Source: an uncultured Verrucomicrobiota bacterium
GTDB taxonomy: Bacteria; Verrucomicrobiota; Verrucomicrobiia; Limisphaerales; UBA8199
Length of the DNA stretch: 64,000 nt
Assembly (NCBI GenBank): GCA_903873945.1
Contig: CAIQQM010000018.1
Location: 30,719-94,718, forward strand
Direction of reading: 5' to 3'
Shown here piece after piece: positions 37,393 through 45,703 of the stretch. The number at the start of each line of letters is the position of its first letter. Within the stretch, counting starts at the first letter, position 1. The translations under genes were made by a program, and so were the position numbers. The notes under the pieces were generated by a model that saw only the letters and a list, made by a program, of their open reading frames with translations, did no database searches and was not told the DNA's origin.

Positions 37393-38640
37393 TCAGCGGC
37401 TGGCGGTCGCAAGACCGGTGGTCTGCAATTCTTCGTAAAGCTTCATGTAGCGCGCGGCCATCAAAGTGTCTGTGAACGACTGAGACACCCGCTGGCGCCC
37501 GACCAGCCCCATGGCGCGGCGCTCTCCGGGATGCTGGCGCATCCATTGCAACATCCGCACCAGTCCGGGCACACTGCCGATTTCCGGTTCCAGCAGGCCA
37601 GTCTTGCCGTCGGCCACCACCTCCCGCAAACCGCTGGTGGCGTAGGCCACGACCGGGGTTTCGCAGGCCATGGCCTCCATTGCCGTGTTGCCAAACGTCT
37701 CCATCCGGCTGGGGGTGGCAAAGACGTCGAGCGCGGAATAAAACAAGCTTTGCAGTCGGGCATGGTTTAAGTTGCCAAGCTGCAAGGTTTCAATGCCGGT
37801 GGTTTCAGGCCAGCGGCCAGCCCCAAAGGTGATGAGAAAAATCTCACTGGCCGGCAAGGTTTTTAACGCCTCCAACAATAGGCCGGCACCTTTGCGCGCC
37901 TCCGTGATATCCGCACTGGCAAAACCGATGACAAACCGATTGTCAGGTATTCCGAGCGCACGCCGCGCCGACGTTTTCTCCACCGGTTTGCATTGTTCGG
38001 GATCGAGTCCCAGATGAATGGTGCGAATGGATTTGGCATATTTTGCCAGCCCGGAACGACGGATTTGGGAGGAGGTCCATTCGCTGTTGCCAACGAAATG
38101 GAGGTTTTTCCCGGCGTAGCAGCGCTCCTTGATTCTAAAAAACTTGAAAGTAGCGTCGTGCGGGGCGGGGCGTTTCTTTTGGGGACAGTTGCCGCAATGC
38201 CGGGTAAATCCTGCGCAATCACCCGGATAATGACAGCCGCCGGTGATGGGAATCAAATCGTGAAGAGACCAAACCACCGGCAACCCCGGAGGTAACGAGT
38301 CCAGAAAACTGGGCAAATCCAGCCATTGCGCCACCCAGTGAAGATTGACGATGGCCGGGTTCGCGCCAAGTGCGTGAACCGAGGTTTTACGGATCCAGCG
38401 TGGGCTGGTCACAAATCCGCCTTCGATTTGTCTGCGCCCGCGCCAACTTTTTGCCAAAGCCACGGCATTTCGCAAAAAGAAAGTGTGATTCTGAAAAGCC
38501 GGTTGCATGGTGGCATCCACTGTTTCGCCAGCCCCATAAAACATCTGGCTCCGGACACTGGCGCGGCACAGAGCCAAATGCAGTCGTTGGGCGGCGATCC
38601 CGGCTCCGCCGGATAATTGTGATGTAAAATGTGCGATCAT
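37393..38640 (-). CDS. Glycosyltransferase GT4 with a 4-Cys insertion
   Basis: 415 aa with HDLIPITGGCHYPGDCAGFTRHCGNCPQ and C-terminal ETFGNTAMEAMACETPVVAY. It is a paralog of 39926..41188. Confidence 0.85.
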   Translation of the reverse strand: MIAHFTSQLSGGAGIAAQRLHLALCRASVRSQMFYGAGETVDATMQPAFQNHTFFLRNAVALAKSWRGRRQIEGGFVTSPRWIRKTSVHALGANPAIVNLHWVAQWLDLPSFLDSLPPGLPVVWSLHDLIPITGGCHYPGDCAGFTRHCGNCPQKKRPAPHDATFKFFRIKERCYAGKNLHFVGNSEWTSSQIRRSGLAKYAKSIRTIHLGLDPEQCKPVEKTSARRALGIPDNRFVIGFASADITEARKGAGLLLEALKTLPASEIFLITFGAGRWPETTGIETLQLGNLNHARLQSLFYSALDVFATPSRMETFGNTAMEAMACETPVVAYATSGLREVVADGKTGLLEPEIGSVPGLVRMLQWMRQHPGERRAMGLVGRQRVSQSFTDTLMAARYMKLYEELQTTGLATASR

Positions 38641-39919
38641 GCCTGGATGGTTGCCCGTTTGTTGTGTTCCGCCATTTGAACTCGTTCAGGTTCGATTTCC
38701 AATGCCTGTTGATAGGCCTGTTCAAATCGTTCCACCACCTTGGACCATAAAAATGATTCCGAAACCAGATGACAGGCATCTCCGATTTGTTGACACAGTT
38801 CGGGATGGTTCAGGAGTTTTTGCAATCCCTCGACCAGTTCGTCCACCGTGAGCCGTGCCTTGTTATTTTGATCATCCGTCTGCCCCAGTAACAAGGCGGC
38901 GTTAGTCTGGCCCAGCAGTTCACGCAGCACGGGCAAATTGCGGCCAATCACCGGCTTGCGATATCGGCCGGCTTCCATGTAGACCAGCCCGAACGATTCG
39001 CCCTCGGAGGGCACGCACAGACAGGTGCAGGCCGCCAGTGCGTCATGCTTCTCGTTCTCGGACACATATTCCAGTTCAATAACACCAGGCAACGGCTTCA
39101 CCTCTGCGTCCGGCGCAGATGGCCCCAGGCAAACCAGGGTCACTGCCGGATTTTTTTTTGCAGAAATTTGAACGCCTCCACCATCAGGGGATACCCCTTG
39201 TCCACCGCTTTGCGACCGATGTAAAGAATCATTGGTCCTTCAATCCGATGTTTGGCCCGGAAACGATCACCTTGGCCATCGGCACGGTCTTCAATGCCAT
39301 TATAGACGACATCTATCGGGCAATTTATGCCCCGCGAAGTAAAATAGTCCCGCTCGTAGCAGGTATGAACCAACAGCCGATTCGACTGGCGATAAAGCTG
39401 AAAGTCCAATTTGGAATCACCAAAATTAAACGGATGCGCCGTGGGCTGAACCAGAAAGGGCGTCCCGTGGCGCTTCGCCGCTTGTGCGGCGGCAAACCCG
39501 GCCAAGGCCGTGGCGTGGCCAACATGATGAATAATGTCAAAGCCGGCAAAAGCCGCCCGCGCCGGTGCGGCGGCCACCATTTCATAAAGCGTTGCCGCCA
39601 ATCCGGTCGCTGCCGGCCGCGCGGCCAGCTTCAGAATGATCCAAAGCACCGGCGACCAAGCATAGGAAAGGCAGAGCACCCGCACCGGAACACCGTTCAC
39701 ATGAATATCGTCCGCCGGTTCGTTGAAGAACAGATAATCGTCCCGCACCGGGATGCGTGTGGCGCTGCGGGTAATGACCGTGACTTCATGTCCGCGTAAC
39801 CGGAGATGCTTGCACAAGTTTTGCGCGTGCGCCTGCAATCCACCCGTATTGGGAGTGAAACTCCAGATGCTGATTCCAATTTTAAGCTGCCGTCGGGTCA
39901 TTTGATTTGCCGAGGCCAA
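38637..39919 (-). pseudogene. GT4 glycosyltransferase split into two ORFs (39140..39919 and 38637..39143) by a frameshift at an A9 run
   Basis: The upstream ORF encodes the N-terminal Rossmann domain and ends ...EAFKFLQKKIRQ*. The downstream ORF encodes the C-terminal domain (ESFGLVYMEAGRYRKPVIG). With one extra A the sequence reads ...FLQKKNPAVTLVCLGPSAPD..., a continuous GT4 sequence. Confidence 0.75.
39151..39159. repeat. Homopolymer T9 (A9 on the coding strand) at the GT frameshift site
   Basis: Read directly: ccgga ttttttttt gcag. Confidence 0.95.
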
Positions 39920-39925
39920 ACCGTG

Positions 39926-41188
39926 TCAGCCCCTGAGTAGCGACTCATAGAGCGCAATGTAGGCCGTCGCGTTTTTGGCGTAGGAAAAATTTTTCTGTGC
40001 CCAGTCCGCCGCCGAGTTTGCCCAGCGAGTTCTCAACTCCCGATCTTGCAGCAATCCTGAAATTGCTTGGGAAAGCGCGCCAGCATGATCCCGTTCCACC
40101 AGCCGGCCATTCAGTCCGGATTCGACGATGTCCATGATTCCACCCACCGCGAATCCCGCCACGACCGTGCCGCAGGCCGCCGCCTCCAGCGCCGTCTGCC
40201 CGAACGCTTCTTCCAGCGAGGGAATCACAAAAACATCCGCCGCCCGGTAAATCAGGGCCTGCAATTCATCGCTTTCCACGCGCCCAAAATGAGTGTGCTG
40301 AAAACGAGAACCGGCCTTGAAATTTCCAGCGCCCATGGTCAACAGACGCATTTTTCCGGTCAACGACAAGCCCGCCATCGCCTCATGTAGCAGATGCCCG
40401 CCTTTGTGCTTCAGACTCAAGTCGTGGGCGGCAAAGGCCACCACGTTTTCGTCCTGGCCGATGCCGAACGCCTCACGCGCCTCGCGTCGCCGTTCGGGCG
40501 AATAGACGGATTGATCCAGTCCATAATGAATGACCTCCACGCGCCGGCTGCGGGCCAGGCCGCTGTGCCGGGCCATTTCACCCGTCCAGTGGCTGTTGGC
40601 TGCAAAGGCAAAATGCGCATTTGACCGCGTGGTATAAGCGGCCTGCCGCCAATTAAAAATCTGCCGCGAATAATCGCCGTGAGAATTGGAGTTCAAAATC
40701 GGACAGGTTCCGCATTGTTTCTCAAAACGGGTGCATTCGCCGGGATAATCGCAGCCGCCGGTGATCGGGCTGAGGTCGTGCAACGTGATGACCACCGGTT
40801 TGGTGGCGGGAATGCGAGACAGCAATGCCGGCAAGTCCGCGAAACGCTCGGTCTTGTGGAGGTTGATGACGTCCGCCTCGGCCAGCTCCGTCGTCATGCC
40901 CCGCAGTAGGTCGGCCCGCGGATCCGTCAGCCCGCAAATAATTTTTCCCCCGTGGCTGCGCGACTGCCGCTCCTGATGCGCGATCCATTTTCGCCTCAAG
41001 GTTCGCGCGACGCGGTCTGCCAGACTGCGGTTGCCGGGAAAAACAGTCACCGCCGGGTCGTCCGAATGCCGGTGCCGCACCAGCATTTGGGAATCAACCC
41101 CGTGTTGGCGCAGGGCCAGATGCTGGCGATAAGTCGCCCGGGCGGCTCCGCCAAAATTGTCGTGGGTGGCGAGGTGAAGAATTTTCAT
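39926..41188 (-). CDS. Glycosyltransferase GT4 with a 4-Cys insertion
   Basis: I trimmed the start to MKILHLATHDNFGGAARA (ATG at 41188). It has HDLSPITGGCDYPGECTRFEKQCGTCP and C-terminal EAFGQTALEAAACGTVVAGF. Confidence 0.85.
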   Translation of the reverse strand: MKILHLATHDNFGGAARATYRQHLALRQHGVDSQMLVRHRHSDDPAVTVFPGNRSLADRVARTLRRKWIAHQERQSRSHGGKIICGLTDPRADLLRGMTTELAEADVINLHKTERFADLPALLSRIPATKPVVITLHDLSPITGGCDYPGECTRFEKQCGTCPILNSNSHGDYSRQIFNWRQAAYTTRSNAHFAFAANSHWTGEMARHSGLARSRRVEVIHYGLDQSVYSPERRREAREAFGIGQDENVVAFAAHDLSLKHKGGHLLHEAMAGLSLTGKMRLLTMGAGNFKAGSRFQHTHFGRVESDELQALIYRAADVFVIPSLEEAFGQTALEAAACGTVVAGFAVGGIMDIVESGLNGRLVERDHAGALSQAISGLLQDRELRTRWANSAADWAQKNFSYAKNATAYIALYESLLRG

Positions 41189-41228
41189 TGTGCTCCTGCA
41201 AATCAATGGCTGCCGGAACCAGTCCGGT

Positions 41229-42377
41229 TTACTGGCTGACCATCCATTGTTTTCCTGGCCGGCCATCGGCGGCTGACAGACTGCTTTCGAGATATTGTTT
41301 CAACGGATCAGGATGGATGGTGAATCTCGTGTCGAGATAGTCTGTCAAGTTTTCGGTCATCGGCCCCATGATGCTGCCATAGTCATGGCCCAGCATCGTG
41401 GCCCATTTCCAAAACCACGGTCGCGGGGCAAAGTGTGAATCTTGCAGTTCAAAAAGCCGGGCGGGTGGACAGAACAAAAGATTCGTCAAACCGGCTCCAT
41501 ATGCGCCCATTACCTGGCGTGCCTTTGAAAATATTTTGACCTGTTGCGCCAAGGTGTGATTTTCCGGCCGGATCACCTTATAACCGTAGCTTTCAACCAA
41601 CGGAAGCAACTCGTCTTCGTTGGCAAGCCTCTTCATATGCACACTGTTTCTTGAAATAAAAATCCGCTCGGGTGACGGTTCGCTGCCCTGACCATGCGTC
41701 TGTAGCAAGGCTTCCCTGACTTGCCGAACCATCTTGGCGTTCCAAACCATGTCGTTGACGGGCGTGGCATGCCAGAGGCGCTCGCAGCGCGTTTCGTAAT
41801 AGCCTTTGACCGGGATCAAACGGTCGCGACCGATGCCCAAGGCCGACAGCGATTCCAACTTGAATTGCTGGATGGGATCGCTGATGATGAACTGGGTGGC
41901 CGGGGGCAAAAAGGGCAGGGCGGTTGCCAGCTTCGGCATTTCATCCGACAACCAATGTCCATAATTGGCCGAGAATAGCAGGTCCAAATAGTAGCAGTCG
42001 CCATCCAAACTTAGTTTGTGACGGCGAAATCTTGATCGGGAAATGTCGGACAGCTTGAAATCTCTGACGCGCCAGTCGCTTTCCGCCAGAAACTCACCCG
42101 ACGGGATTTTGACCAGCCCGCCCAAAGTGGAGGCGCCCGGGATACAAACCAGATATTGAGCCGGGAACTCTATTCGTCCATGTCTTTCAAGAGTATCCTT
42201 AATGTTTTGGGGTATTCCCTCCGAATCCGGCACGGAAAATTCCAGCTTGAAGGGTTCGTGAATTTTTTCAACCGGCCACCGTTTCGACAACGCGTGATCC
42301 AGCATCCTGCCGCAAAACTTTGGCCGGGCGGAATTGACGATGGGATTCCAAACGGATTTCTTTAGCAGCTTGAGCAT
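41229..42377 (-). CDS. GT61/DUF563-like glycosyltransferase
   Basis: 382 aa. The motifs YGHWLSDEMPKL and GAYGAGLTNLLFCPP match the DUF563 pattern (GHWLxDxLP ... HGAGLTN). Confidence 0.65.
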   Translation of the reverse strand: MLKLLKKSVWNPIVNSARPKFCGRMLDHALSKRWPVEKIHEPFKLEFSVPDSEGIPQNIKDTLERHGRIEFPAQYLVCIPGASTLGGLVKIPSGEFLAESDWRVRDFKLSDISRSRFRRHKLSLDGDCYYLDLLFSANYGHWLSDEMPKLATALPFLPPATQFIISDPIQQFKLESLSALGIGRDRLIPVKGYYETRCERLWHATPVNDMVWNAKMVRQVREALLQTHGQGSEPSPERIFISRNSVHMKRLANEDELLPLVESYGYKVIRPENHTLAQQVKIFSKARQVMGAYGAGLTNLLFCPPARLFELQDSHFAPRPWFWKWATMLGHDYGSIMGPMTENLTDYLDTRFTIHPDPLKQYLESSLSAADGRPGKQWMVSQ

Positions 42378-42399
42378 GGCGAAAATATAACTTATTCCA

Positions 42400-43608
42400 C
42401 TACCAACTCAGACCAAGACAGCGGCGGACAATCTGCTTGATGCGAAACTTCACAAGAAACAACCGCCCTTCGAGCGTCAGCCCATGCGTCCCGCAAAAAT
42501 GAAGAAATCCCGCCCGTTCCTTTTTGGCATCCGGACCGGTCTGGAAGAGCCGGGCATAACGGTCACGATAGAGCCGGTGTGCCCGGCTGAATGCCGTCCG
42601 GTTTTCCGGGCTGAAGTCATATTCCCAAGACGCAAACGTCCAGCCGACTTCCTTTTTCATCACTTCCAAAATCAACTGTCCATGAGCCTTCGCCAGCAGT
42701 TCCGCCGGCGTAAGGTCCGGCATGGCCGCTTCCAGCGCGTCCATGAAAGTCCCGAACGGCATCCGGAAAAGAAACGGCGAATGCGGCGAGCGCGCCACCC
42801 GGTTGCCGTCGCAGCCACTGTAGGTCAGCGCCCGCATCATCGCTCCGAAATCAAAACAGCAGATGCCCAGTTCGCGCGACAGTTCAAACCCGATGATCTT
42901 GGCCCCGCCACCGAGGGAAATAAACAATGTGTCCAGCCGATTGTCCGTCGCAAATTTCCGCAGGTCATCCTTCACCAGATCCAGGTTCGCGTTCAGGTTG
43001 CGGCCGTCGTTGCGCGCCTGATGAAAGAAGACTGCGCCTTGAAACGGCCAGTAATCCGCTGCCGCTGATTTGAACGCGGACGTTTTGGAAAGTATTTCCA
43101 GCAGCCGCGCCTCCGCCCCGGCAAAACCGACGCGCCGTTCCTGACAGTATTTTTTCAGCTCCCGATCCGTCCAGGTCAGAAACACCAGCGAGGTTTCCTT
43201 GGTCGGGTTTCTAAACGAGTCCGGCGACCGGTTCAATTTCAAATGGGGCACCAGATGTTCGTTGGGCCAGTTTTTTTCGTGGAAATCAACGTAATCAGCC
43301 AGTTGGTAGGCCTGCCACAGACGCTGGGCGTATTGCAAGTCCAGTCCTGGATTCCCGCAACCTTGGGTGCCGGACAACGGTCCGTCGCCAAACTCCAGAG
43401 ACTCGGTCCGCCCGTTTTGATGGGAGAGCAGATAGACCAGTTCCATGTCGCCCATGCGCAGAAAACAAAACGGACGGCGCGAACGCATCAGTTCCGTAAG
43501 AAGTTCGGCCTGCCGGATGCGCGCCTCCAGTCCGTCCTGCTTGCGGCCAAACATTTGCCCGGCTGGCGGCGGACAGCTTTGAAGAAGTTCCTGATGGTAA
43601 GTCATCAA
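42400..43608 (-). CDS. Hypothetical protein, possibly a GT-D (DUF1792)-like glycosyltransferase
   Basis: 402 aa. FCFLRMGDMELVYL and LFISLGGGAKIIGFELSRELGICCFDFG weakly resemble the GT-D RFGDGE and GP..A......G..aiDiG motifs. It overlaps the upstream ABC gene by 4 nt. Confidence 0.5.
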   Translation of the reverse strand: MMTYHQELLQSCPPPAGQMFGRKQDGLEARIRQAELLTELMRSRRPFCFLRMGDMELVYLLSHQNGRTESLEFGDGPLSGTQGCGNPGLDLQYAQRLWQAYQLADYVDFHEKNWPNEHLVPHLKLNRSPDSFRNPTKETSLVFLTWTDRELKKYCQERRVGFAGAEARLLEILSKTSAFKSAAADYWPFQGAVFFHQARNDGRNLNANLDLVKDDLRKFATDNRLDTLFISLGGGAKIIGFELSRELGICCFDFGAMMRALTYSGCDGNRVARSPHSPFLFRMPFGTFMDALEAAMPDLTPAELLAKAHGQLILEVMKKEVGWTFASWEYDFSPENRTAFSRAHRLYRDRYARLFQTGPDAKKERAGFLHFCGTHGLTLEGRLFLVKFRIKQIVRRCLGLSW

Positions 43609-45401
43609 CTTTTATTCTGGCTGGAAGATTCCGGCGGCGTTCCTTCCGATATTGGCCGCCCATGTTCCAGCCGGATAATGCGGTCGCAGCGCTCCAAAGT
43701 GCTCAAACGGTGGGCGATGGTGATGATGGTCAAGGTGCCTTGCAGCCGGTGGATGGTCTCCATCACGGCAAGCTCGGTCTGGTGATCCAAAGCGCTGGTG
43801 GCCTCATCCAGAATCAATATCTGCGGCCGGGGATACAAGGCACGGGCCAGCCCGATGCGCTGGCGTTGTCCGCCCGAAAGCCGCACGCCCCGCTCGCCGA
43901 TAGTCGTTTGCAATCCCTGCGGCAGTTCCTTTTCGATGAAGTCAAGAATCTGCGCTTCCTGGGCGGCCTCCAGCAAAGCTTTCGGATCCACGTCCGCCGG
44001 TTCTTCGCCGAAGGCGATATTCGCCTCGACAGTGTCATCCAGCAGGTAAATTTCCTGCGGCACATAGCCGATTAGCTGGCGCCACGCGTCGAGATTTTTT
44101 CCTGTGAGCGGTTCGCCATCCACCGTTATCCGGCCCGCTTGCGGGCTGTGCAGGCACAAAATGAGATCCACGAGTGTGGACTTGCCTGAGCCGGACGGCC
44201 CGGCAATCCCCACGGATTCGTTTTTGGCGATGGACAGGCAAAAATCTTTGAGTGTGGGCGCCGTCGCTTCCGGATACTGAAAAGAAATTTTTTCCAGCTG
44301 GATTCCCTGATGAAATGGGAGTGATGGGACAGGTGAACCATCAGCGACTGCCGCGATTTTTTTCCGCTCCAGGTCGAGAATCTCCTCTTCCAACTGGGTC
44401 AGGGTGTAATGACTGGTCGCCACGGTGACCAGTTGGCTGTAGAGGAGCTGGAGCGCCGGCAACAGCCGGTATCCCGCAAAGGCCATCACCGTAAGGTTGG
44501 GCAGGATGTTGGTGAAGGAACGGCCTTGGAGAGCCAGCATCACTACGATGGCCACGAGTCCGCCAAAGGCGGCCGGTTCAATCAGATAACGGGGGCCATT
44601 GCTGTAAACCGGGATTCTGCCTTGAAAATGGCCGATGCGGGCTGAATGCTCCAGGGCGCGATTTATGAAGTGACGGGATTTTCTGTGAACCATCACGGTC
44701 TTGATGCCGTGCAGGAACTGGTTGGCGTTTTTCCAAAAGCCAAAATTGTGCAGTTTTAATCCCTCGCCAATCGCCCGTGTCTGGGGGCGCAACCAGAGAA
44801 AGACCAGCAAATAAAAACCGCCAAAAACCACCACCGCACCCAGGGCCACTCCCGGCTGGACGAAAAAGACCGCGACGACCAGCAGCACCACCAGCACCAG
44901 CCGGGTCAGTATTTCCCCGACCGGCAACAGCACGTTCTGAATGAACATTTGCACGTCAAACAGCCGTTGATTCAGCTCGGCGGAATTGCGGCGCAGGAAG
45001 AAAGCATAGGGCTGCCGGGCGTAGGATTCAAACAGCCGCCCGCGAAGCCAGTGGCAGAGTCCGTAGGCATAACGTATCCGCAGAACCTCGCTCACCATGC
45101 TCCCCAAGCTCGAAAAAACCAGCATCGTGATGGCAAAACAGCCGGCCCCGACGAGCAGTTGATTCGTGGACAGCGGCGGGAAAAAATGCAACACCCAGCT
45201 TCCGACCCTGGATTTTTGCAGCCGCCCGGGATCGGTGGCCAGCGCAAAAAACGGAAACACCGAGGTCACCCCGACCAGTTGCAGCAGGCCGTTGAACAAA
45301 ATCAGCCCCAGCAAGCCGAACAGCTTCAGCCTGCCGTAAGGCAGTGCCATGCGATAACAGCGGGTCAACAGGCGGAGAAAGGAATTCAGCATGAAAATCA
45401 A
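43605..45401 (-). CDS. ABC exporter, fused permease/ATPase (MsbA/PglK type)
   Basis: 598 aa with an N-terminal 6-TM domain. It has Walker A GPSGSGKST, signature LSGGQRQRIGLARAL and Walker B ILILDEATSALD. The start is TTG at 45401 or ATG at 45392. Confidence 0.9.
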   Translation of the reverse strand: MIFMLNSFLRLLTRCYRMALPYGRLKLFGLLGLILFNGLLQLVGVTSVFPFFALATDPGRLQKSRVGSWVLHFFPPLSTNQLLVGAGCFAITMLVFSSLGSMVSEVLRIRYAYGLCHWLRGRLFESYARQPYAFFLRRNSAELNQRLFDVQMFIQNVLLPVGEILTRLVLVVLLVVAVFFVQPGVALGAVVVFGGFYLLVFLWLRPQTRAIGEGLKLHNFGFWKNANQFLHGIKTVMVHRKSRHFINRALEHSARIGHFQGRIPVYSNGPRYLIEPAAFGGLVAIVVMLALQGRSFTNILPNLTVMAFAGYRLLPALQLLYSQLVTVATSHYTLTQLEEEILDLERKKIAAVADGSPVPSLPFHQGIQLEKISFQYPEATAPTLKDFCLSIAKNESVGIAGPSGSGKSTLVDLILCLHSPQAGRITVDGEPLTGKNLDAWRQLIGYVPQEIYLLDDTVEANIAFGEEPADVDPKALLEAAQEAQILDFIEKELPQGLQTTIGERGVRLSGGQRQRIGLARALYPRPQILILDEATSALDHQTELAVMETIHRLQGTLTIITIAHRLSTLERCDRIIRLEHGRPISEGTPPESSSQNKS

Positions 45402-45703
45402 ATTTATTGCCGGAGAAAATCCGGGAAAGAATAACTGTTCGCGGCAATCCTGCGGGTCGTGCCGGCGGCTTCCCCGGCGAGATCGGTTTTAATCAACACT
45501 TCCATGCGTCCGGACGTTTCATGGGTAGACTTCGTCCCGGTCAATTCGCAAATGCGTTTTTGCATCCACGATCTACGAGTCTGATAATCGCCATGGTCAT
45601 TGTTTTTCCGGGAGATACCTGAAACTTTTCTCCCGGGGCTGGTGGCGGTCCATTTCCTCAAACACCCATCTCATCGTCCATACTAAAGGCTTATGGCCAG
45701 CGT

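Noticed and set aside
45404-45661. 85-aa basic ORF filling the Wzc/ABC spacer
   Set aside because: It has weak coding character and no motifs. I report it only as an observation, not as a feature.
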